Shown one piece after another: positions 35,408 through 44,139 of a stretch of DNA of 45,443 nucleotides (position 1 is the stretch's first letter; the number at the start of each line of letters is the position of its first letter). The DNA is taken from assembly GCA_964514595.1 (NCBI GenBank), contig CAZEQZ010000003.1, positions 1 through 45,443 of the forward strand. The letters are read 5' to 3'. Under the pieces are notes generated by a model. That model worked only from the letters and a program-made list of their open reading frames with translations, was not told where the DNA came from and did no database searches. Source of the stretch: an uncultured Candidatus Saccharibacteria bacterium. Lineage in GTDB: Bacteria; Patescibacteriota; Dojkabacteria; SC72. Made by a program: the position numbers and the translations under genes.

Positions 35408-36041
35408 GATTAAAGAGAACGGAGTAAGATACGTTGCTATCTTACTCCTTCTCACAGGCCTAATATCCCTAGTACTAACCTTCTATCCAATACTTAAATC
35501 ATACATAGACTACATACTCTTTCCACCTAATACAGATATAGCTGTTGAGATTGTTAAAGATGATAAAGATATTACAAAAAACATATCTAAAGATACAGAT
35601 ACTGTATTACTAGACCCTAACTTTGGTATATATATACCTAAAATTAAAGCAAATGCCCCTGTACTACAAGATGTTAATCCAAATGATGAAGATGAATATA
35701 TTAATGCTCTGTACAAGGGTGTAGCGCATGCTAAGGGTACTTCCACACCCAATAGGGAGGGCAATGTATTTCTCTTTGCACACTCTGCCGTAAATTTCTA
35801 TGAACAACGTAGATTTAACATATACTTCTATCTCCTAGGCGAACTTAAGAAGGATGATCCTGTATATATAAGCTATCAAGGAGAGATATATACATACAAA
35901 GTATTAGAGATTAGGAAAGTAGATCCATCTGAAACAAAATACCTAGGTAAATATATGGACGAAGATACTCTAACTATTATGACTTGTTGGCCAGCAGGTA
36001 CAGATTTTAAAAGGTTAATAGTTACTGCTGTGAGAGAGTAA
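35379..36041 (+). CDS. sortase family transpeptidase
   Basis: 220 aa. N-terminal TM helix, His in NVFLFAHS, catalytic Cys in TLTIMTCWP (TLxTC) and Arg in KRLIVTAVR. Overlaps the adhesin 3' end by 29 nt, with AGGA 8 nt upstream of the ATG. Confidence 0.85.
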   Translation: MLKDKELITKIKENGVRYVAILLLLTGLISLVLTFYPILKSYIDYILFPPNTDIAVEIVKDDKDITKNISKDTDTVLLDPNFGIYIPKIKANAPVLQDVNPNDEDEYINALYKGVAHAKGTSTPNREGNVFLFAHSAVNFYEQRRFNIYFYLLGELKKDDPVYISYQGEIYTYKVLEIRKVDPSETKYLGKYMDEDTLTIMTCWPAGTDFKRLIVTAVRE

Positions 36042-36046
36042 ATACA

Positions 36047-36075
36047 TTGTAATAAAGGCGTTTTTGTGATATAAT
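36047..36075 (+). promoter_or_regulatory. promoter TTGTAA-17 nt-TGaTATAAT
   Basis: Hexamers at 36047-36052 and 36070-36075 with TG at 36067-68. ATGs follow at 36077 and 36083. Confidence 0.5.
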
Positions 36076-36076
36076 T

Positions 36077-36229
36077 ATGGGTATGAAAATATTAATACTG
36101 CTTTTAACAATAGCAAATACATTCCTCTTTCCATTAATTGATTCTAAAGAGGTATATCCAATAGATACATCTGAAGATATCCTTTCTGAAGGTATATCTG
36201 ATCCTGCATATATAGCTAGGGGATATTAA
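36077..36229 (+). CDS. possible small exported peptide (48-50 aa), below the ORF-track size cutoff
   Basis: Hand translation: MGMKILILLLTIANTFLFPLIDSKEVYPIDTSEDILSEGISDPAYIARGY*. Hydrophobic N-terminus and acidic remainder. It could instead be only the leader of the next gene. Confidence 0.3.
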   Translation: MGMKILILLLTIANTFLFPLIDSKEVYPIDTSEDILSEGISDPAYIARGY

Positions 36230-36284
36230 ACAACTTCCATCATATATTCTTTGTCATATTCTCTTTTTTGAGCTACAATAAACA

Positions 36285-36854
36285 ATGCTCAAAAAGAAAA
36301 TAGCAAGAATAATATCAGAAATATCCAATGGTTTTATGACTATGATGCTAACTCCATTAATAGCCATTAATACACTACCATTAAATACTAAGGATAGAGC
36401 AATATATTCCATAGCATATATACTCTCTCCCCTCCTCCCCTATTTTGTTCTCAAATCTATGGGCAAAATATCTGACTATGAATTCACTAAAAGAGAGGAA
36501 AGACCCCCATACTTTACAACCATATCCATACTATTTGGAATAATATATTTTTTTGTTAGAAATTTAGATATACAGATATTAACAAATGTATCACTAAACA
36601 TATTCATAGTATCATCAGTAATAACATTCATTACATTCTTCTGGAAAATATCAGGTCACATGACATACTCCACACTCCTATTTGCCACTCTAATATATCT
36701 CTTTCCTAACACCCCCACCCTATACTTTCTATTTCTTTTCTCACCATTCATAGGTTGGTCTAGGATTGTCTTAGAAAAACATACACTCTCACAACTGACA
36801 CTAGGTACACTACTCACCCTATTCATTTCCATTCTCATTTACTGGGGATTTTGA
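36285..36854 (+). CDS. PAP2-superfamily-like membrane phosphatase (variant motifs)
   Basis: 189 aa, six TM helices. KISGH (PSGH-like) and SRIVLEKHTLSQ (SRx5Hx3 with Q in place of D). Motif 1 is only approximate (TKREERP). Confidence 0.5.
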   Translation: MLKKKIARIISEISNGFMTMMLTPLIAINTLPLNTKDRAIYSIAYILSPLLPYFVLKSMGKISDYEFTKREERPPYFTTISILFGIIYFFVRNLDIQILTNVSLNIFIVSSVITFITFFWKISGHMTYSTLLFATLIYLFPNTPTLYFLFLFSPFIGWSRIVLEKHTLSQLTLGTLLTLFISILIYWGF

Positions 36855-36867
36855 TAGAATACCAAAT

Positions 36868-38316
36868 ATGAACCTAACTATTACAGAACTTAGAGAAAAA
36901 CTTCTTAAAAAAGAAATATCATCTAAAGAGATAGTCAAATACTACTTAGAAAGAATTAAAAAGCTTAATCCTAATCTTAATGCATACATTACGGTATGTG
37001 AAAAAGAATCTCTTTCTAAAGCAGAGGAGATAGATAATGATTTTAACAAACTTAAAGAAAATAAATTGGCAGGAGTACCTGTCGCAGTTAAGGACATATT
37101 CTCCACACAAGACATACTCACTTCAGCAGCATCCCATATACTAGATGGCTATAAACCTGTATATAATGCAACGGTTATTGACAGGATACTAAAAGAGGAA
37201 GCAATACTCATTGGAAAAACAAACCTAGATCAGTTCTGTCACGGTTCAGGTACAGTAACGTCATACTACGGACCTGCTAGAAACCCATGGGATGTTAAAA
37301 GACTCCCTGGGGGCTCTAGTGGTGGTAGTGCTAGTGCATTAGCTGCAGATCTTTGTACAACAACCTTAGGAACAGAAACAGCAGGATCTATTAGACTCCC
37401 TGCATCATGGTGTGGGTTAGTTGGACTCAAACCAACATACGGTAGGGTATCACGATACGGTGTACTTGCAATGGGATCTTCCTTGGACTGTCCAGGACCC
37501 ATTACAAAAAGCGTAGAGGATGCAGCATATATGTTGGGTGTAATAGCTGGGTATGATAGTAATGATTTCACATCTTCCAAAACAGATACTCTGGACTACT
37601 ACAAAAACCTAAGTACGAAGAATTTAAAAGATATGAAGATAGCCCTTCCTAAAGAATACCTTGAACTAGAATTGGAAGAGGGTGTTAGAAAGAATTTTCT
37701 TAAAGGAGTTGATGCATTAAAGAAAATGGGAGTGACTGTGGAAGAGGTTAATATATTGGATCCTAAGTATGGTATAGCTGTATATACCATAACATGTAGA
37801 AGTGAAGTATCTTCTAACTTAGCTAGATATGATGGTACAAGATACGGTTTAGAGGGAAGCAAGAGTGATAATGTTAAAGAGCTATTTGAATCCACAAGAG
37901 GAGAAGGTTTTGGAGAAGAGCCCAAGAGAAGAGTAATGACTGGAACATTTTCTCTTTCAGCTGGATATGCAGATGAGTATTTCAAAAAATCTGAACAGGT
38001 TAGACAGTTAATTAAGGAGGATTTGGATAGTATACTTAAAAAATATGATGCTATAGTTGGACCCACTACTCCATCCATAGCTCTTAAGGACAAGGATGCA
38101 GATAATCCACTGTTTGGTGAAATAGCTGATGTATTAGCAGAAGGTAGTTCTGAGGCAGGACTTCCTGGTATATCCATACCTTCTGGATTAAGTGAAAATA
38201 TGCCAACAGGTATACAGTTTGTAGGGAGATATTTTGATGAACAAACAATACTTAACTTAGCATATGCATTGGAGAAAGAATTAGGGAGATTGATACTAGA
38301 TACAGATACGATATAA
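36868..38316 (+). CDS. gatA: Asp-tRNA(Asn)/Glu-tRNA(Gln) amidotransferase subunit A
   Basis: 482 aa. Amidase signature GGSSGGSASALAA, VAVKDIFST and a typical GatA length. No gatC or gatB is adjacent. Confidence 0.9.
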   Translation: MNLTITELREKLLKKEISSKEIVKYYLERIKKLNPNLNAYITVCEKESLSKAEEIDNDFNKLKENKLAGVPVAVKDIFSTQDILTSAASHILDGYKPVYNATVIDRILKEEAILIGKTNLDQFCHGSGTVTSYYGPARNPWDVKRLPGGSSGGSASALAADLCTTTLGTETAGSIRLPASWCGLVGLKPTYGRVSRYGVLAMGSSLDCPGPITKSVEDAAYMLGVIAGYDSNDFTSSKTDTLDYYKNLSTKNLKDMKIALPKEYLELELEEGVRKNFLKGVDALKKMGVTVEEVNILDPKYGIAVYTITCRSEVSSNLARYDGTRYGLEGSKSDNVKELFESTRGEGFGEEPKRRVMTGTFSLSAGYADEYFKKSEQVRQLIKEDLDSILKKYDAIVGPTTPSIALKDKDADNPLFGEIADVLAEGSSEAGLPGISIPSGLSENMPTGIQFVGRYFDEQTILNLAYALEKELGRLILDTDTI

Positions 38317-38323
38317 TGGATTA

Positions 38324-39454
38324 ATGAAACCAATCAGAATACTGTCCATAATTGGTATTGTAGTAGGTACACTGCTAATTATATCCTCCTCCACACTTCT
38401 TTTCATTCACGATAATAATCGAAAGGATGTTCTTCCAGCACAGGAAGATATATATGAATATGTACCTGATATCCAAGAAACAGATAAAGAAGAACCTCCT
38501 GAAGATATTATAGAGCTAGAGGTAGTAATCAGGGAATCAGGATGGATACCTAATTGGGCTTTTGATTTAGGATATGAAAGTCTGGTTAATAATAAGGGGG
38601 TCATAGACACCGTGCTTCCAGTACTGTACACAGTAGATAATAGTGGGAATGTTGTAACAAGGGGTGTATCGGAAGCAAATATACAGAAACTTCTAACATA
38701 TACCCGCGAGAACAATATACGTGTGATACCCACTATTGGATCATACAATACAGAAGCTATGGATGCACATTTTGCTAGTACTGAGGCATATAACAGGAAT
38801 ATTTATACAATAGTTGCCGAAATAGAGAAGTATGGTTTTGATGGTATAGATTTAGATTATGAAATGATTAGTAGTAATAATAAGGATATGTATTTACTTT
38901 TTTTAAAAGATCTACGAATTGAATTAAAGAAGAAGAACAAAATACTATCCGTTACTGTATTCGCACAATGGGATAATGGTACATATACAGACCATCAGGA
39001 TACTAGGATAGTACAGGATTATTCTAGAGTAGGAGCATTTGCTGATGAAGTAAGGATAATGGCATATGACTATACATCCTCCTCCTCAAAAGTAGCTGGA
39101 CCCATAGGGCCAGGAAATTGGATACGGGATGTACTAGATTATGCTACAAAAAATATCCCTAAGGAAAAGATATGGTTAGGTGTACACCTATACGGATATC
39201 AATGGGCTCCTGGAAAAACTACAGCTTTAACATATACAACATTAAACTCTGTACTAAACGATCCTAATACATTCGGTACATTCCGAGAGGATATAGGGGA
39301 AGGGTACTTGGAATACGGATGTGATGGTGGTCGTTGTATCGTCTACTATCAAGAACCTAAGGGAGTACAACTAAGAAGAGATATCGCAAAAGAATACGGT
39401 ATAGCTGGTATATCGTATTGGAGATTAGGTGGAGAGATGGATATATTGAAATAA
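38324..39454 (+). CDS. membrane-anchored glycoside hydrolase family 18 protein
   Basis: 376 aa. N-terminal TM helix and the catalytic DxxDxDxE motif in FDGIDLDYE. C-terminal GISYWRLGGE. Confidence 0.8.
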   Translation: MKPIRILSIIGIVVGTLLIISSSTLLFIHDNNRKDVLPAQEDIYEYVPDIQETDKEEPPEDIIELEVVIRESGWIPNWAFDLGYESLVNNKGVIDTVLPVLYTVDNSGNVVTRGVSEANIQKLLTYTRENNIRVIPTIGSYNTEAMDAHFASTEAYNRNIYTIVAEIEKYGFDGIDLDYEMISSNNKDMYLLFLKDLRIELKKKNKILSVTVFAQWDNGTYTDHQDTRIVQDYSRVGAFADEVRIMAYDYTSSSSKVAGPIGPGNWIRDVLDYATKNIPKEKIWLGVHLYGYQWAPGKTTALTYTTLNSVLNDPNTFGTFREDIGEGYLEYGCDGGRCIVYYQEPKGVQLRRDIAKEYGIAGISYWRLGGEMDILK

Positions 39455-39549
39455 TTAAATATTGTTGACTGCATATATATTGTATGTGATAATAGATTAT
39501 CACCATGGAGGAACTACCAAAAGGTTTTGTCCCAAGGGAATGTCCTCCA

Positions 39550-40035
39550 CTATTTTTCTAGTAAATTTCTTACATATTCTATATTAAGTATATCCTCTCC
39601 AAATCTTCTTAAGAGTGATGAATATTTATTACTTGGGACTATTATTCTGAGAAGTTTATCATATTCCTTTAGGTACTTTATTAAGCAAAGAAAATCTCCG
39701 TCCCCAGAAACAATTATGGCTTTGTCATAGTTATTAAACTCCGACATAGCTTGTAATACTAACTCTGCATCTACATTACCTTTAATATACATCTTCTTAT
39801 TCCTCTTTTGTGATAATGTTTCTTTGAATATAATAATATACCCACTTTCCCGAAGATGCATATAAAGCTTTTCGTTTCCATATATATACCCAATAAAAAG
39901 GAAAGCCTTATGAACATGATATTTCTCTTTGAGATATATTCTGAATTTCTTAAAATCTAATACCCACCCAGCACTTCTAGTACCAAGATTTAAGTTTTGA
40001 CTATCTATAAATGCATAGATTATTTCCTCTACCAT
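39550..40035 (-). CDS. NYN (LabA-like) domain protein, putative RNase
   Basis: 161 aa. YAFIDSQNLNLG, GNVDAELVLQAM and IVSGDGDF are the conserved acidic motifs of the NYN/LabA fold. Confidence 0.75.
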   Translation of the reverse strand: MVEEIIYAFIDSQNLNLGTRSAGWVLDFKKFRIYLKEKYHVHKAFLFIGYIYGNEKLYMHLRESGYIIIFKETLSQKRNKKMYIKGNVDAELVLQAMSEFNNYDKAIIVSGDGDFLCLIKYLKEYDKLLRIIVPSNKYSSLLRRFGEDILNIEYVRNLLEK

Positions 40036-40086
40036 ATATATATGATAGAAGATAATTATTAAATCTAGATTAACTGAATGTGTGAA

Positions 40087-40143
40087 CCTAAGGAATAGAA
40101 AAATATGATTAAATCATATTATTTATAAAATCTATTCCCTAGG
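40087..40143 (-). terminator. long nested hairpin downstream of the 163-aa gene
   Basis: CCTAAGGAATAG (40087-98) pairs with CTATTCCCTAGG (40132-43), 11/12 complementary. The loop contains the palindrome AATATGATTAAATCATATT. Confidence 0.4.
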
Positions 40144-40166
40144 TATTCTCACATTAAAACCAACAA

Positions 40167-40658
40167 TTATTCCACTACCTCCCTATACATTTCTATTAAG
40201 CTATCCCAAGATCTCATAACTTCTGAGTACTCAGCATAGTTTTGTAAAGACAATAACATTGCCGGTGCAGGAACAGGATCTCCATCTATACTTGTAATAG
40301 CATATAGTGATCCCATCTGTGGATACATCTGTCGAAGGATCTTTCGAGCTTTTCCATATTTCTGTGCCCCTAAACGTCCTAACAGATCAACACATTTGTG
40401 ATTCCAGTCACCAATTGATCTTCCCCAACATCTCCATTCCCCCCAAGGACTCCATATACTGTATGGTCTTCCTTTTGAGATCTCCAAAAAGAAGCCTCTT
40501 GCTGTTTGCTTTGATGTTGGATTTGGATCACAGTGCTGGCGATCCTCTAAATACAAAATGCCTTCCATATTGGGAATAGAGACTGCATAGTCATATGCCA
40601 TTTCCCTAATCTTTTGTAATACTAAGAAATCTTCCAACTTCCTACTATCATCTTGCAT
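40167..40658 (-). CDS. orphan Trp-rich cytoplasmic protein, compositionally foreign
   Basis: 163 aa containing SIWSPWGEWRCWGRSIGDWNHKC. About 43% G+C in a 100-nt hand count. Strong SD AAAAGGAGATAATA precedes the ATG. Confidence 0.6.
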   Translation of the reverse strand: MQDDSRKLEDFLVLQKIREMAYDYAVSIPNMEGILYLEDRQHCDPNPTSKQTARGFFLEISKGRPYSIWSPWGEWRCWGRSIGDWNHKCVDLLGRLGAQKYGKARKILRQMYPQMGSLYAITSIDGDPVPAPAMLLSLQNYAEYSEVMRSWDSLIEMYREVVE

Positions 40659-40851
40659 TATTATCTCCTTTTTTATTGTTTTAACGTGCGAAGTACAGGA
40701 TTATATCAATAAATAAGGAAAATGTTCAATAATACAATGTTTTTGGGATATGGCAAGGGCGAGACAGTTTTGTAACTAATTGTAATAAACTGTTGGAATT
40801 AGGTCCTTTATTAAAAAGCATTAACTTTACCATTAATATAACAAATGGTGA

Positions 40852-41214
40852 TTAAACTTGTTTTCTAGGAAAGAAATCTCCTCTCTTCAATGCTATCCTG
40901 TCCCCCACATCTAATTCTATAAATTCTTTGTTACTGGTAAAGTATATTCCGTTTATCCAATTATCTATCTTAAATTTGAATATGTACTGTGGTCTTTTGC
41001 CAAAAATTCCGAGAGTATCGTCGAGGATATAATAAGTAAACATTGTCTCAAAACAGTCTGTCACAAAATTTCTTTCCTTCTTCCATATAATTGTTCCTTC
41101 CCATATAGTTGACTGCATTGGTTTCCTTAAAATTTTTAAGTATCCAATTAGAATAAAAACAAGGTAAACAAACGTTATTAACAAAAAAATAAATATAAAT
41201 ATATCTAATTGCAT
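40852..41214 (-). CDS. small membrane-anchored hypothetical protein
   Basis: 120 aa. An N-terminal TM helix is followed by a beta-rich domain. No motif recognised. Confidence 0.45.
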   Translation of the reverse strand: MQLDIFIFIFLLITFVYLVFILIGYLKILRKPMQSTIWEGTIIWKKERNFVTDCFETMFTYYILDDTLGIFGKRPQYIFKFKIDNWINGIYFTSNKEFIELDVGDRIALKRGDFFPRKQV

Positions 41215-41356
41215 TTATCATCCGATAAAAGATATTATGTTTACAAAAATAATGGAAAAAGGCACATAAGTCAAGATTTGAGAAATTCTATGAGTGGACA
41301 TGACCACATGTCTAACCTTAGTTATATTATTTGTTCAGTTGATCAATTAAATGAAT

Positions 41357-41385
41357 TTGACGATTAATTTTACTATTTGTATACT
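41357..41385 (+). promoter_or_regulatory. promoter TTGACG-17 nt-TATACT
   Basis: Hexamers at 41357-62 and 41380-85. The ATG at 41392 lies only 6 nt downstream. Confidence 0.45.
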
Positions 41386-41391
41386 TGGATA

Positions 41392-41859
41392 ATGAAACCA
41401 TTCATTATTCCAATCGTTTTGTTTTTAATTGTTTTCGTAATTGCAGAGTTATTAAAAAAAGAATCTACTTCTAAATTTCAAAAGGTTCAGTTCCTTCTCA
41501 CTCACTCAGAATTAACTTTTTATAAATATCTAAAAGAAAATATACCATCATATATAACTGTAATGTGTAAAGTTAGATTAATAGATATTATTAAACCTGT
41601 ATCAAAAGGAAAAGCATATATCAGTGATAAGAATAGAGTTAAGTCGAAACATATAGACTTTGTACTAATAGATGAGAATAGTTCCGAAATAAAGGCATTA
41701 ATTGAATTAAATGGAGGATCTCATCAAAGATCAGATAGAATGACTAGGGATAGTTTTGTAAATGAATTAACCAAGGGTGTAGGGCTACATCTCTTTTTTA
41801 TAAAGATTAAACCTCAATATAAGATTGAAGATATTAAGAAGGTATTAGAATCTATTTAG
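41392..41859 (+). CDS. membrane-anchored DUF2726 (restriction-endonuclease-like fold) protein
   Basis: N-terminal TM helix, then LLTHSELTFYKYL...KHIDFVLIDENSSEIKALIELNGGSH, the DUF2726/Vsr-like core. The ATG at 41392 is preferred over the TTG at 41377. Confidence 0.65.
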   Translation: MKPFIIPIVLFLIVFVIAELLKKESTSKFQKVQFLLTHSELTFYKYLKENIPSYITVMCKVRLIDIIKPVSKGKAYISDKNRVKSKHIDFVLIDENSSEIKALIELNGGSHQRSDRMTRDSFVNELTKGVGLHLFFIKIKPQYKIEDIKKVLESI

Positions 41860-41862
41860 ATA

Positions 41863-41936
41863 TGAGGCGCCCGAGACTCGAACTCGGCACCTACTGCTTA
41901 AAAGGCAGTTGCTCTAACCGGATGAGCTAGCGCCCC
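41863..41936 (-). tRNA. tRNA-Lys (anticodon UUU), no encoded CCA
   Basis: Hand fold: acceptor GGGGCGC/GCGCCTC, anticodon stem ACTGC/GCAGT with loop CTTTTAA, T-loop TTCGAGT. The 3' end lies 3 nt from the convergent DUF2726 stop codon. Confidence 0.9.
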
Positions 41937-41985
41937 TCATATATATCTTAAAAGACTTGCAATTATACTACTATATCTTTTTCTA

Positions 41986-42489
41986 TTACAATACTTTATT
42001 CCAATCTATATTCTCTATCCAATACTTAGTCATAGTACTTACATTGTCATCAAAATCCTTTAGTTCTTTAATATCTAACCACCATTCATTCTCCACTTCA
42101 CTAGGATCTACCCTTAATTCCTCCTTATCTACATATACTAGAAAAAACTTCGCACACTCTTTCTCACTCTTATCTTGGAAAATTTTAGTACCTAACTCTT
42201 TGAAATTAGTTGGTGTAAAACCTAATTCCTCCTCTACACCCCTTATTAATGCATGCTCATAATCTTCCCCTGAGAGAACATGTTCTCCTAAGAAAATATT
42301 CATTCCTTGATCTTTTCTCTTTCCCATTGGTTGTTTAGAAAAGAATATTCTCTTACTATTTTTGTTATAGAGTGTGAAATGTACACCTCTATGTATTATA
42401 TCTGGATTATTATGACATTCTTCTCTACTTGTAGTACCTATTACCTCATCATTCTCATTAACAATATCAAAGGTCTCTTGTTTTTCCAT
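41986..42489 (-). CDS. NUDIX hydrolase (IDI-like architecture)
   Basis: 167 aa with the Nudix box GEHVLSGEDYEHALIRGVEEELG. Confidence 0.8.
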   Translation of the reverse strand: MEKQETFDIVNENDEVIGTTSREECHNNPDIIHRGVHFTLYNKNSKRIFFSKQPMGKRKDQGMNIFLGEHVLSGEDYEHALIRGVEEELGFTPTNFKELGTKIFQDKSEKECAKFFLVYVDKEELRVDPSEVENEWWLDIKELKDFDDNVSTMTKYWIENIDWNKVL

Positions 42490-42510
42490 TATTGATTATA
42501 TCAAAAAGGA

Positions 42511-42575
42511 GTTTCTCTGGGCTGATATGTATAATACAATTTAAAATTGTAATTAATTATATAGCCCAGAGAGAC
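42511..42575 (-). terminator. intrinsic terminator-like long hairpin plus T-run
   Basis: On the minus strand GTCTCTCTGGGCT pairs with AGCCCAGAGAAAC (12/13), with an inner palindrome TACAATTTAAAATTGTA. TCCTTTTT follows, and the hairpin starts 10 nt after the stop of the 118-aa gene. Confidence 0.6.
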
Positions 42576-42585
42576 CCGATCTATT

Positions 42586-42942
42586 TTATTTGCAACCGTC
42601 ATGCATACCGAGCTTCCTGATGGAAACCCCTTCCTCACAAAACTTTGTGAGGGGAATCCCAAAGGGATCACAATAAAACAATAAACTGTCACCACTAGCA
42701 GTGATGACTTGCTTTTCAACCCCTTTGAAGGTATATGATGAATCCTTGCAATCCCATGGGAGTCCTAAGGCTTCGAAGCCTTCCAAGTTAGGTTTCCCTG
42801 GTCCTGCTGGATCTATCGGGGTTGGTTGATTTTGTGGCAAGTTCGGATGCACATCTCCATCCATTGTAACTATTGCCAAAAACAAGCCTCCCAATAATAT
42901 AACCACTAACGTGGTTATTGCTAACTGTTTGCAACCTTCCAT
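42586..42942 (-). CDS. orphan membrane-anchored/secreted Cys-containing small protein, compositionally foreign
   Basis: 118 aa counted from MEGCKQ. SD AAAAGGAGATAGAA precedes the ATG. One TM or signal helix. About 50% G+C in a 100-nt hand count. Confidence 0.55.
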   Translation of the reverse strand: MEGCKQLAITTLVVILLGGLFLAIVTMDGDVHPNLPQNQPTPIDPAGPGKPNLEGFEALGLPWDCKDSSYTFKGVEKQVITASGDSLLFYCDPFGIPLTKFCEEGVSIRKLGMHDGCK

Positions 42943-43141
42943 TTCTATCTCCTTTTCTGAATATTTATTTCTAATAATTTCTAATACTACCCCCAAACCT
43001 ATTAATTAATGGAGTACTAATTAACAAATTAGGAGGTAATATATTAAAGGAGATATATAGAATAGATCGGGTTTTTAAAGAGCAGTTCTGTAGGATATAT
43101 ATCCATACAGGCCTATAGTATACCATATTTGGTGATAAAAA

Positions 43142-43780
43142 TCACTTTCTAATAGGTTTGAAACTCCTCCTATGAATATCACAAATACCATATTTTGATA
43201 TTGCTTCTAAATGCTTCTTAGTACCATACCCCACATGACTATCAAAACCATACACTGGATACTTAGTATGATACTCATACATAATCCTATCTCTTGTAAC
43301 CTTAGCTAATACAGATGCTGCGGATATTGAATAGTGAAGAAGATCTCCCTTTGTAATCTTCTTCATCTTGTATTTAGGTATGGATAATATATTTTCTCCA
43401 TCAGCAATAATATAATCTACCTTGCTATTTAATTTTCTCTCTACTATCTCCAAAGCTATACTCATTGCTTCAAGCACTGCCCTCTGTATACCCAACCTAT
43501 CTATATCCCTACTCCCTACTATCCCTACCCCATATGCCACAGATTTTTTTCTAATCTCATCATATGCTTCATTTCTCTGTTTCTCAGTCATCTTCTTACT
43601 ATCCCTAACAATAGGTATAACTTGTTTAATATCTGAAATAACCACCCCTGAGGCCACTACAGGCCCTGCTAAAGGCCCTCTACCAGCCTCATCAAGACCA
43701 AGTACTACCTTGTATCCCTCTTTCCATAGTTTTTCTTCTAACTTAATATCTGGATATACCATATACATATATGTTAACAT
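43142..43780 (-). CDS. rnhB: ribonuclease HII
   Basis: Motifs LGLDEAGRGPLAGPVV, RDSKKMT and AASVLAKVTRD. The start is ambiguous among M1, M5 and M7 (43780, 43768, 43762). Confidence 0.9.
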   Translation of the reverse strand: MLTYMYMVYPDIKLEEKLWKEGYKVVLGLDEAGRGPLAGPVVASGVVISDIKQVIPIVRDSKKMTEKQRNEAYDEIRKKSVAYGVGIVGSRDIDRLGIQRAVLEAMSIALEIVERKLNSKVDYIIADGENILSIPKYKMKKITKGDLLHYSISAASVLAKVTRDRIMYEYHTKYPVYGFDSHVGYGTKKHLEAISKYGICDIHRRSFKPIRK

Positions 43781-43786
43781 ATACCT

Positions 43787-44077
43787 ATGAAAAAACTACT
43801 AACAACTATCCTCCTCCTATCATTCCTTCTCATTCCCTCTGTTCATATCTATGCACAGGAAGAAGAAACCCTAGACTCTACTATTGAACAAAATATCGAA
43901 GAGGAGAACGATACAGAAGAACAGGAGAAAGAAACTCTCTCGGACACATTAGAGGAAAAGGAAGTCGAAGAAATACAACCACCATCTCCTTCATTCTTTA
44001 CAATACTAGCTTCTATCCTAATACCTAGTATATTTATCATAATCTGCTACCTAATACTAAAGTTTTTTAAATTCTAA
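43787..44077 (+). CDS. small acidic protein with signal peptide and C-terminal TM helix
   Basis: 96 aa: signal peptide, E-rich middle and C-terminal hydrophobic helix. Confidence 0.45.
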   Translation: MKKLLTTILLLSFLLIPSVHIYAQEEETLDSTIEQNIEEENDTEEQEKETLSDTLEEKEVEEIQPPSPSFFTILASILIPSIFIIICYLILKFFKF

Positions 44078-44139
44078 TTAGACATATTAAAAGATATATA
44101 TTACTATATATATGTAGTTAATTTTAGCTAAATAATCAT

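Noticed and set aside
35625-35638. A 14-nt perfect palindrome GGTATATATATACC.
   Set aside because: It lies inside the sortase coding region (codons for FGIYIPK). It is an AT-rich low-complexity palindrome, expected by chance, with no regulatory context.
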